The notes under the pieces were generated by a model that ran no database searches, had not been told where the DNA came from, and saw only the letters and a list, made by a program, of their open reading frames with translations. From NCBI GenBank assembly GCA_964247055.1, contig OZ176050.1, positions 10,354,001 through 10,418,000 of the forward strand: DNA of 64,000 bases. Direction: 5' to 3'. How positions within the stretch are numbered: the stretch's first letter is position 1; every line of letters begins with the position of its first letter. The position numbers and the translations under genes are program-made. The DNA comes from Paragordius varius. Its lineage: Eukaryota > Animalia > Nematomorpha. Positions 1-14,454 of this stretch are shown piece by piece.

Positions 1-2331
1 TTTTAAAAAAAGGGCGAAGCTATTGTCGGTGCATTCATTAATGATTATATTTTTTCGATGTTTGGATTTGAATGGGTCTACCGGATTTCCTGTACCAGAT
101 CACAAAGCCAGCATTTTCCATTTTTATAAATATATAGATTACCATAAATAATGTATTAATATCCATATATCTTTTAACATCCTATATATGATAGATACTC
201 CTTACTCAGCAGCTATCAAAGATTGACTAAAATTTTTGCCTTTTAACAGGGAATATGTAGAATTCTTAATGAATTTTTACGGTCTCATATCTTGGTCGAA
301 AAAAGATTTAAAAAACTATTTTTGGGGACTTTGTTTTTTGAAAAAAATGGCATTTTACGGGGGGAGCGGGTAAAAAGAGGGCCTAAATCAAAAAAGTGAC
401 TCGACTATGTTCGGCGCAATCGAAATTAAGTAAACAAAAATCATATTTGAAATTGAATGGTCCAACACGTTCTCCGGAAAATTGTCTCAAAGACACGATT
501 TTTGTAGACTTCTGTTTTCAAAAAAAAACCGTTTTTCATACGGGGTGGGCCCGAACTGGGGGCCTATTTCAAAAAAAGGGCGAAGCTATTGTCGGGGCAT
601 TTATTAAAGATTATATTTTTTCGATGTTTGGATTTGAATGAGTCTACCGGATTTCCTGTACCAGATCACAAAGCCAGCATTTTCCATTTTTATAAATATA
701 TAGATTACCATAAATAATGTATTAATATCCATATATCTTTTAACATCCTATATATGATAGATACTCCTTACTCAGCAGCTATCAAAGATTGACTAAAATT
801 TTTGCCTTTTAACAGGGAATATGTAGAATTCTTAATGAATTTTTACGGTCTCATATCTTGGTCGAAAAAAGATTTAAAAAAATATTTTTGGGGACTTTGT
901 TTTTTGAAAAAAATGGCATTTTACGGGGGGAGCGGGTAAAAAGAGGGCCTAAATCAAAAAAGTGACTCGACTATGTTCGGCGCAATCGAAATTAAGTAAA
1001 CAAAAATCATATTTGAAATAGAATGGTCCAACACGTTCTCCGGAAAATTGTCTCAAAGACACGATTTTTGTAGACTTCTGTTTTCAAAAAAAAAACCGTT
1101 TTTCATACGGGGTGGGCCCGAACTGGGGGCCTATTTCAAAAAAAGGGCGAAGCTATTGTCGGGGCATTTATTAAAGATTATATTTTTTCGATGTTTGGAT
1201 TTGAATGAGTCTACCGGATTTCCTGTACCAGATCACAAAGCCAGCATTTTCCATTTTTATAAATATATAGATTACCATAAATAATGTATTAATATCCATA
1301 TATCTTTTAACATCCTATATATGATAGATACTCCTTACTCAGCAGCTATCATCAAAGAAACGCTTGACTAAAATTTTTGCCTTTTCACAGGGAATACGAA
1401 AAATCTTTCTCGAATTTTTACAGTCTCATACCGTGGGCAAAAAAATACAATCAAAAAATTATTTTTGTGGACTTTGTTTTTTTTGAAAAAAATGGCATTT
1501 TACGGGGGTAGCGGGTAAAAAGAGGGCCTAAATCAAAAAAGTGAGTCGACTATGTTCAGCGCGATCAAAAATAAGTAAACAAAATCATATTTGAAAAATT
1601 GAATGGATCAACACGTTCTCCAAAAAATTGACTTAACCCATTTTTCAAACGGGGTGGGCCCGAACTGGGGACCTAATTCCAAAAAAGGGCGAAGCTATTG
1701 TCGGGGCATTCATTAATGATTATATTTTTTTGATATTTGGATTTGATTGCGTTCACCGGTTTTCCGGAAACAGATCACAAAGTTACATGAGAAAACAGTT
1801 TTTAGCGGGTAGCTCCTTGCCCAGCAGCTATCATCATAGAAACGCTTGACTAAAATTTTTGCCTTTTAACAGGGAATATGTAGAATCCTTAATGAATTTT
1901 TACGGTCTCATACCTTGGTCGAAAAATAGATTTAAAAAAATATTTTTGTGGACTTTGTTTTTTGAAAAAAAATGGCATTTTACGGGAGGAGCGGGTAAAA
2001 AGAGAGCCTAAATCAAAAAAGTGACTCGACTATGTTCGGCGCAATCGAAATTAAGTAAACAAAAATCATATTTGAAATTGAATGGTCCAACACGTTCTCC
2101 GGAAAATTGTCTCAAAGACACGATTTTTGTAGACTTCTGTTTTCAAAAAAACCCGTTTTTCATACGGGGTGGGCCCGAACTGGGGGCCTATTTCAAAAAA
2201 AGGGCGAAGCTATTGTCGCGGCATTCATTAATGATTATATTTTTTCGATGTTTGGATTTAAATGGGTCTACCGGTTTTCCTGTACCAGATCACAAAGCCA
2301 GCATTTTCCATTTTTATAAATATATAGATTA
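1..2331. repeat. Tandem array of a ~566-bp unit (4+ copies, truncated by the left edge)
   Basis: The marker gggcgaagctattgtc recurs at 12, 578, 1145, 1687 and 2202 (periods 566, 567, 542, 515). Similarity stops after tatatagattac at ~2331. ORFs 396/2021 and 1048/2107 are translations of the repeat. Confidence 0.95.
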
Positions 2332-4779
2332 CATTTTAAAAGCCGCTATATTTATTTTAAACTTAAATTTTAAGATATGGGCTAAAATATTTTGCTTGCC
2401 TCTAAAATGGACAATTTTAAAACAAATGCCAAAATGCTGGACTGTGTTATAAGATTTTGTAATGTAAGCTAGATTTGGAGAGCATGTTTATTTGAAAAAA
2501 ATGTATATTTTGCATAAAAAGCACTATCTGCTAAATATTTTTTTGGTCAAATCTAAATGCTTTATTCCAGAAAAATATAATTAAAATATATATACAAGAT
2601 GTATAAAAGACGTACGGGTCGTTTTATACACCAGAAGTCATTTAAAATTCATATCTTAATATTTGTAGTATTGGACAAAATCTAAAATATGCCTTCTTTA
2701 GCCTTTTAAGGCAGCTAAATTTTTTTTTAAAAAAAGCAAAATTGTAAAATTTTCATCTCAACTTTTTTGCCGCCTTTTGGATTTTTTTCAATCTATAGGA
2801 CAGACAAATAAATGTATATGATGGTTAAAATATGAAATATCTAATTTAAGAAAGCTTTTAAATAACATTTTACCAGCACACTTTTGGTATATATATAGAT
2901 TTAAGATCCGGAGTTATCCGAATTCGGCACCATAAAAGTTAATACGAATTTGAGCTCAGACGTCAAAATGCTATCGTGTACAAAAAATGAAAATATTGAT
3001 TAAATATTGATAATAAATTTTGTCAAATTATACTAAAAATAAATATTTTTTTAACAAAATCACCTAAATTTGAACTAACCTCTGGGTGATAAAGGGGTTA
3101 AATATCAACTTATAACGAGAAAGTGTTTAATATTTTAAAGCGTTATACCGTTGCTATCATGCTTATAAAGTACTTTTCAGCAATTACTAAAAATAATTTT
3201 TCTAAACATTTTTGAAAAAATGTTTTGCCATAATTTAGCACTGGGGTGTCTAACACAGAGATTTCGCGTGTTTGAATATTTTCGTTTTTATTTATTTATT
3301 TTAGGCTCAATTTTGGATGATATATCTTCTAAATCATAAATTCTTAATTGAAATCTATTTTTTTATTTTTTAACCATTTTTTAATGCGCTTTTGCGTTCT
3401 GAATAAAGCTTTGAACACCCTTATCTAGGATATATTAAAAATTTCGAGAAATTTTGGAATTTTTCGTTTAGTTTTAACCCATTTTGGAGGGGGCCAAAAA
3501 TTCAAGATTTTCGAACCTCACATCAAATTTAAATTTTATAAGAATATTGTCTTGCTTTAAAAATATAGTTTATGTATAATATTATTTTGAATGCAGCGTC
3601 TGCTTTTTCCTAAAAAATTTATTTAGCATAATATAAGCAAATTTTATAAGCAATTACCGCAAAAATGTAGATATTTTTCGTAACTCACTTATATAAATAC
3701 TAGAAGCACCATGCACCTGATACATTCTATCAGAAAATACATATTTCCTCAAATAGTGTGCATTATGCTGGATGATACTGTACATTTCCATCACCTCAAT
3801 TGATTAGAAGAGATGCCTTATTTAGAATTTTTTGATAAAAATTTATATCTAACTTATATAAAGACTAGCAAATTTTTTTATTAAAAAATCTAAGATTATT
3901 ATAATCAGCATTATCAAAAAATGTATAAAGTATTTTATCATATCTTAAGTGTTTTTACACCATTTATACAAGTTTCAAAATGCCTTAAATAATAAAATTT
4001 CAAAAAATTGCTAAAAACCTAATCATGCAAAGTATATATACTCTCTAAATTTGAGACCCTAGGAATCCACATTTAAAAATTTTAAATAATATTAATATAA
4101 CTTTACTTTTTTATATAGGATATAAAATATTTTAATATAAATTTTCGATATAAAACATTTAGCGTTCACCAAAAATATTTTATTAACATTTTTGATAATC
4201 AATTAACACAAAACTTATTATAAATTCTTAAATCAGTACGAAGGCCCAACCCATACGAGATTCACATAAAATAATATCCAGATGAAATACATGTATTCTG
4301 ACTGAAAATTAGGATTCTATATTGCTTTTGTTACTTACAAAAGAAAGTTTTTTCCACTTTTGTGGCAACTGCTCCATATCGGAAAGTGGCAAGATCTGCA
4401 TATTTTGCAAATAATTTTTTTTGAAGAAAGATAAATGTTCCATTTCAAAAAAAAATTGAAATAAAAACTATATAAAACAAAACAATATTTATATAATTTT
4501 AAATTTTAGATGTCGGCTCTCAAATCTTTAGACCCGTCTAAAATGAAGTTTGCGGGTCGATATTATTATCATAATTTCTTCAAAAAAATGTCCGTAAAAG
4601 GCATTAATTTTTTAACGGACACAATAATAAAGATGTGCTTTTTATACCAACCTGGTGAGAAAATTCCACAGTCCTTAATTACAGAGGAATAGAATTTAAG
4701 TCCTAAAATTATTTGCTAAATAAGAAATCAAAAAATCGTTAGTATGGATCATAATGTTAGTATTTTTATGACTGTAAGG

Positions 4780-5790
4780 TTCACCATCAATCCATTCCAT
4801 TCAGTGTGAGGGTTAATTAAAAAGCACGTAAAAGGGAATTCGAAAAGCATGTTTTAATATCGAACAAACGTTTTGAAAGCTACCTTGAATTATACGATGT
4901 GCTGTAGTGGCGAAAAAAATTACCTAAAAGTTATATATTTTTTGGAAAACTATGAATTCTCCGTCATCCATCTGTTTTAAGTCCCAGGGTTTAAGGTTGC
5001 CTTAAACAATGTTTCCTGTTCGTGATAGCTGTTTGGACCATGTAAGGTAGGGGCGGCATTTTCTGCTTGGGCCAGGCATGTTTAGAAGTTTCATTTTTTG
5101 CACACAAAGAGTTGTGATGGATTGTCCATATTATGATATGGTTTCTACTTTTTTGATGCTTATCAAAATTATGATTACAGATTTATAGTATGGAATTTTC
5201 AGCTCTAGTTAGCCTATTAAGTCGATTGAAAGGCTCAAGGTTTCTGTAGCGCATGAAATAGCTTGTCATATTCCCATTTTGTAATTTTTGATCTTATGGT
5301 TTGGTTTGATATTTGAGAATGATATTTTTAATTGATCAAATTTGGCTCATCATCTGGATATATGACTCCAACCACTATCAGAAGATACTATGGCCTAGAT
5401 ATGGAAATGATTGGTGGTAGTTCCAAATTTGGACAGGGTGTGCAAATGATAATTATTTTTTCTTTTATATTGAAGCAACCTTAAATTCTTGCATTTGGTA
5501 CATTTTGCTTTTACATCTGTGGTGTAGACTGGACAAGAGAACTTGAAATGTTTGTAATAATCACCTGTAATTAGGGGTTTAGTTTTGTTTGTATTGATTT
5601 TAAGACCGTATTTTTGTAATTAATTCTGCTATATTGGATATTTGTAGTAACGAAATAGTATTAGTAATGAAAAGGTTGTCTTCATATAATATTTCAAATT
5701 TTTGTCCTCCTGCGATATCTTTCAATGAAATTCTTATATTATATAGAGAAATGGGGGCTTAACACTGCCCATAAAAATATCCAAAATTTT
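4780..5790 (-). mobile_element. Decayed non-LTR retrotransposon (LINE) reverse-transcriptase fragment
   Basis: Minus-strand translation, with stops and frameshifts, gives RT motifs in the right order: a GSV-x-SP-like segment (~5770), IAGGQKFEILYEDN (YADD-like, ~5675-5715), KYGLKINTNKTK (~5581-5610) and FPYLG (~5393-5407). The left boundary is approximate. Confidence 0.75.
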
Positions 5791-5899
5791 ATCTTTAAAC
5801 ATATAAAACCAAACAATAACAAAAAAGTTATCCCAGCTATTTACAGATACAACCACAATTGATTAATCTATATGGCAAAGATATATGCAAAATCTAAAT

Positions 5900-6450
5900 A
5901 ACTTTTAAACGACCCCAAGTAAATTCTGACAGATATTCTTGCTAAGCTCCTCGAGGACATTTCAGAATTGCTTTAGACCAAATAAAATTGAACAGGCTCA
6001 AGACCCTTATGAATTATCTTTTGATATCATTACGTATATGCCCAATACCACGTGTTTACAAATTTAAGTACCCATGGATTGGGTAAAAGGATTATATTAG
6101 CAATTAATAAAAATAAAGGAGAATACTAAAATGTTCCTCATATAGACCACTAAAACTTCCATGGAACCAAAATATTATAAATATGTAAAATAGGATCATA
6201 TATTTTATCTCAATAAGGTTCTCACTATATAAAAAAATAATAAGGGTGTAACAGAGCCTATCGAAATAATTCAGGTCGTGTATCAGGGGTAAAAAATCAG
6301 TCTCTTTTTATTTATCACAGACATGGACGGATTATCAAAAAAGGACATATAAAGAGTGGTGCCTTATGCACATAACTTGTATTGGCAGATGGGTTAAAAG
6401 ATTTGAAAGAATAGGTGAGAAATGGTAAGAAATGGATTATTCTATTATTA
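5900..6450 (+). mobile_element. Second decayed LINE reverse-transcriptase fragment
   Basis: Plus-strand remnants QNCFRP (QxGFRP-like, ~5963), NKGVTEPIEIIQVVYQG*KISLFLF (GVxQGxxLSPxLF-like, ~6240-6315) and VPYAHN (YADD-like, ~6365). Several stops. Confidence 0.6.
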
Positions 6451-8199
6451 CAACATCCGATTAAAAATTCGGTGCGATTAACGGAAACCTATTAAATTTA
6501 GATGGGAAAAACAGTAAATAAATTAGAAAAAGATTGAGATGTTCAATAACGATGTCTCAGTTAAATTCCATCTTTCTTAATTTTTCATTAAAATTTTTCA
6601 TATATTTTTAACATTACATAAAAAGAATTGCCAAATTTTGTCTTGTTTTCTATTTTATTAAAATTTTGTATTTGCAGACAAACAAGAGTCCTGCTATGTG
6701 CTAAATATTTAAAATATTTTGTCTTTTTTGCAAAACATGACCTTTTAAAATATACATTGTCCACTTATATTAATATGTAGTCTACAATATAATAAGACAA
6801 CCATTAATTCAAATATTTATATATGAAATCATTTAATTTAAAAAATACTTTTTTATTGTCTAAAGTCTGGACCAAGGCTTTTCACAATGTGTGTAATAAT
6901 ACCATTTTATACTAATTTTGTGGTCGCATTATCACAAAAATCTTGGCAATTTTGTTTAAAAAAATTAAAAAATATTACAACAGATATTTTTTGATAAAAT
7001 ATTACCTTATTTTTTATACTACATAAAGAAGGGTAAAAGCCATTTTTTAATCGTATTAAAGAGTACATTTTGCGTCTGAATAAAAATACAACTTTTTCTT
7101 TGATGGCTCTGTATATTTATGCAGGTATATTTTTCATAATTAACATTTCAAGACTGGTGGGAACCTTATTTCTAAAATAATATAATTTGTGTATAGACTT
7201 ATGGGGACAAAAATTATTTTTCCCCAATTATTTATACAAATGAACTTTTATAATTTTAATAAAAATTAATATTATATATATATATATATACCGAAAAATT
7301 GCAACAATACTTTAAAACATCTTTTGGGTCATAAAAAATGAGAATGAACTTACTTGGGTTTTGACTAAAATAAAATGTCCATAAAATTATGTTTTTGACA
7401 ACAAAGAAAATATTTAACGGTTGGATAGTCACACAAAAGAAATTAAAATAGCAAACTACCCAATATGAATGCAATAATGGTTTTGGGATATTTATTAATG
7501 GTGAAATTTTATGTTCCCCAGATAGTTTTTTTTTTCATTGAACCCAATTTTGGGGGAAAAATAGCAAAGAACTTATATATGTAGATATGATACCTGTAAT
7601 AATGCGACGCTCTATTTCTTTGACTGCTACATAAGACATTTTTTTTATCATTTCGCACTTTGATGTTTGAAAATTTGGTGTGTCCTCTCCCTTAAAACTA
7701 ATACCCCCCTCCCGTCTAACTTTAGGATTATAATGTGTCTGAGTAATAAAAAGATTGTTTCGTTTATTTTTATATGAAGTAAAATTAAAAGAAATAAAAA
7801 GTGACAAATATCCAGAGAGTATGTGAGTGTAAGTCTGGTTTTTTGTCAAAATACATATTTATAGGATAAAAGGTTGTTGATGATGAACACAAGGGAGAGA
7901 AAGGCGAAATCGCAATGCGAAAAATTTACACAAAGACATAAAAGACGACACCGAAATTTTTTTTACGAATATAATTATTATCATAAATAACAACTCAATT
8001 GGGAAGTTGAAGACATGCTACATAAATATTTTAGGAACTTTTGGTTCATTTTTTTCAATATTTTGTTTCAAAACAAATAATTTTATCACACATCTCCTTC
8101 GCTACCTTTCCTTATCAGAACATTTTAAACTTGTGGTTTTTTAGAACTTTATTTATATCACTGATTAAATCGTTTTGAAAATCAAATATGCAAACTTTT

Positions 8200-8600
8200 T
8201 TTGTGCTTCAATTATTACTTGAATCTAGGATATTTATCTTCTTCAGAATTTTCAACATCTGTATATATTCCATATTTTCCCAAACACTAATTCACAAAAT
8301 CGATTCCTTCCATATATCAGGTATTGTTATATGCCTTATACGATGATACACCAATTGTTTCAATATTTAAAGTTTGCTTTGCTATTTTTTATGGATGCAT
8401 TTTTCAGCCTTTTGGCAAGACCTCTTCTAATAATGGTAAAGTAGTTAGAAAATCCGTTTAAGTTTTTTTAATAAGGGCATTTTGGATAAACTCAAATATC
8501 TTGCAAAAACTTTCATTTATTCAATTATGTTTTCCAGTTAAAAAAATAAAATAGTCTTTTCATTGTGCCTCCAAAACAACATTCCATTGTAAATTTTAGC
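8200..8600 (-). mobile_element. Possible piggyBac-like transposase relic
   Basis: Interrupted minus-strand peptides LFWRHNEKTILF (resembles W-x-DNK-x-V) and YNNT*YMEGIDFVN*CLGKY (resembles YN-x-x-MGGVD-x-x-DQ-x-x-x-Y). Motif resemblance only. Confidence 0.35.
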
Positions 8601-8744
8601 CCTACTAACTTGGCTATACATTGAAATCATGAATTTGTATAAAGAAAATGTTGGATTGAGTCAGTCCGCATTTATTTACATACATTTTGACAAATCTAAA
8701 AAAGGCAGTGATAAAAATAAATTACACAATATAAAATTCAACTA

Positions 8745-9055
8745 TACCATTTACAACGAATTCACCCTAAAAACAAATTATGTATTTTCGGGATAATATA
8801 TAACTCATCATTAATATGAAATATATTTTTACGACATAGTTTATTGTTTCTTCAGCATATTATCAATTTTAAACAGAATTTTATTTTTTTAAAATATTAT
8901 AAAATAAAGGTAATTTTTAATCTTAAAAAATACATAATTTATTTTAGGGTGAATTTGAATTGTTCGAGGGTGAATTTGAATTGTTCAAGGGTGAATTTGA
9001 ACTGTAAATGGTATATATTGAATGGTTTAAGGGTGAAATTGAACTGAAAATGGTA
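8745..9055. mobile_element. Fold-back/MITE with terminal inverted repeats and 21-bp subterminal tandem repeats
   Basis: The left arm taccatttac...aattcaccctaaaaacaaattatgtatttt is the reverse complement of the right arm aaaatacataatttattttagggtgaatt...gtaaatggta. The right arm has three copies of agggtgaatttgaattgttc(g/a). A related copy lies at ~29715-29985. Confidence 0.7.
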
Positions 9056-9079
9056 TATATTGATTGTAAAACAAACTAG

Positions 9080-10376
9080 ATTTACACATACCATCCACCA
9101 CTCATGAAAATAAAATAAGTGCCACAAATTGTTCAACAATAAAATGCCCAGACAGTTTTCGATGCGTAGATGACATTGATTACTCCGGCTGTGTCTGTGA
9201 TCCCCAATGCGACTTATTCATGAATGAAACGGGACCGGTTTGTGGGACAGACCTTAAAATTTATAAAAATTTATGTGATATGCGAAGATCAAATTGCAAC
9301 AAACTCAATAGCGTATCCATCGATTATTATGGTTCCTGCAAAGGTAAACATTTTTTATATTATTATATTAAATAATAAGCGCTTCAAGCTCTGGGCAAAA
9401 ACTCTTTTATGATTTTTCCGTTACATATTTAGATATTTTACAACAAGGGAGTGTGTTGGTGTCCACAATTCAATTGTTTGGTGGATGTCTAAAAATAAAA
9501 TAAATTAGATAAAGACAATTAACACAAATATACTAATACAGTATGAGTCAGTATACATTGCTAGTTACTTTTTCATCAATTGTTGCCAGATAGCATATTA
9601 AGCAAATTTTTTTCGCTTTTTACTGCTATTAGCCAATAATGATACTCTTTGCTGTATAAGCTCTCTGGCAAATAAAAAACTAGCAATGTATATTTACTCA
9701 TTCTGTATTTTTCTAGTTTTGTATGTTTAATTACCTATAATCAAATACAGACTCCTGCAACAAAGTAACCTGCTCACATGGGAAACATTGTGTTTATGAT
9801 CAAAATAAACTTCCTCATTGCGTTAACTGTAGTAGTTTATGCAATTCGCCAATAAGCAAAGTACCTCGGCTTATGTGCGGCAGCAATAATAAGACATACA
9901 CTAATTTATGCCAAATACGTTATGACAATTGCATGGCTAAAGACACCAACATTGAAATCAGCTATGAGGGAGTGTGTCGAGGTAATTTCGTTTTTAAGAA
10001 TAATCATATTATTTGCTGTTATATATAAATAATTAATATTACCCATCTTTTATTTTACAAAAATTATATTTGGTCAATAGATGTGTCAAGTTGTGAAGAT
10101 ATTGTGTGTCAAAACAACCACATTTGCTTGCTAGATCATGAATCCTCGACGCGTTTCAAATGCTCCAAATGTACCAACCTTGAGAAATGTAACAGAGTCG
10201 GTACAATCATATGTGGGACAAACTTAAAAACTTACGCAGATTTTTGTGATATGACCCAGTATGCTTGTAGCCATGGGGTTGTACTTAGAACCTTGCATAC
10301 TGGTCCATGCGAAGTTCATGAAGAATTTATTTTTCACGATAATCAAACACGCTATGCCATGCTAATTGATTCATGA
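9080..10376 (+). CDS. fst: Follistatin-like protein, three FOLN+Kazal (FS) domains; 5' exons not located
   Basis: Phase-1 GT-AG exons 9080-9343, 9751-9981 and 10081-10376(stop). Each encodes a 10-Cys FS module, e.g. NCSTIKCPDSFRC...PVCGTDLKIYKNLC...YYGSCK; SCNKVTCSHGKHC...MCGSNNKTYTNLC...YEGVCR; SCEDIVCQNNHIC...ICGTNLKTYADFC...HTGPC. The symbol is by domain architecture. Confidence 0.85.
9539..9705. mobile_element. Tc1/mariner-type MITE in a follistatin intron
   Basis: TIRs cagtatgagtcagtatacattgctag / ctagcaatgtatatttactcattctg, flanked by TA on both sides. A related copy lies at 59577-59679. Confidence 0.7.
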
Positions 10377-10766
10377 TACACGTTTATGTGTTTTAACTCA
10401 TTTCTTATAAATTAAACTAGTTACATAAGCCAAAATATTTTCCCTACCCGTCCATCATATTCCCCATTCCACAAATCATTGCGTTACAAAACCACTACAA
10501 AATATACCCTTAGCCTTGAGTGTCGTGAATTAAACAAATTTATGTATAAATATCACATTAAATTTAGAGCGCAAGCTTTTTGCGCGACACATCTTATAGT
10601 ATTCCAATTTTTTATATATATATATATTTTTTTAATTATTTACATGTATGAGCAAGCTATATTATTTTCTAATAAACCATATTTATTACATTTTCCTGCA
10701 ATGCTTTAATAAGAATATAATAAAAGTATTTAATAATTGTAATTATATATATTTTTAAATGAATGG

Positions 10767-13547
<2,781 letters not shown>

Positions 13548-14454
13548 TACGGGCAAAATTTTGGCTTACAAAGATATGGAATGGATTCCGAAACGCAAAT
13601 ATTTTATGATAGTGTGTGTTATTCAAATATTGAGATGTTTTATATTATTCAAATCAAAGTTTATTTTGTAACTAACTGGCTTATAGCAATATATTTCGTT
13701 TAACTTTGATAGAGGTATTGTGAGTATTTAGGTGTTTTCCACACTCACCATAAAAAATTAAAAAAAATTTTATTTGTTTAAACCCAAGCGAATGATTATC
13801 ACCAAGATTCGACAAAGTCTAAGACTATCCAAAACATTTACATCCAATAAAAAATTGATAAAATACTTTAGAATAATTTAAAATAAATTTATTATTGTCA
13901 CGGTATGTGTGTAAAAAAACAAATTCCATAATAAATAATGTTGTAATATTAATTAATAGTATAATAATAATAAAGAGCTCATTCTAAACCACATTATTTA
14001 TTATAAAAAACACTAAACTATGATTAGAATTAAATTTGCACTAGTATATAAAATATAATATATTTTAATATAAATGTCCATATATTTTATATTAAATAAA
14101 TAAAAATTTAATTAAATTCACCACTAATTCAGATGCACTTTCATAGTGTATAGAATATGACTATTTAAAACATTTCATCACCGGAATAATTTGATTTTAA
14201 TATATTATATGTATGCATATCTATGCGTCAAAAAATATTGTAACATCAGTAGTAGTAAAAAACAATTATTTATATATATATATATATATAGAGATTCAAA
14301 ATACATGAATAAATCAAAGTTTCGTAGGTAGATGGTTAAAAATTTATAATGGATACAATATTCCGTAATATAATTGAAAAATAATTCTGGCTTTAAAAAT
14401 TCCATTTTTGGTTATTATCGTATTAATACAAATAAATTAGTTTTTGTTAAATTT

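Noticed and set aside
396-2452. Repeated ORFs MTRLCSAQ... and MSQRHDFC...
   Set aside because: Products of the 566-bp repeat. They use non-ATG starts, change frame between copies, and show no recognisable domain.
4313-4413. DSILLLLLTKESFFHFCGNCSISESGKICIFCK as the follistatin N-terminal exon
   Set aside because: The GNC and CIxCK resemblance is superficial. It ends in a stop with no GT donor and lacks the W and CC of the N-domain.
7103-7124. MALYIYAG plus a phase-1 donor as the follistatin signal exon
   Set aside because: Too short for a signal peptide, with no supporting upstream frame.
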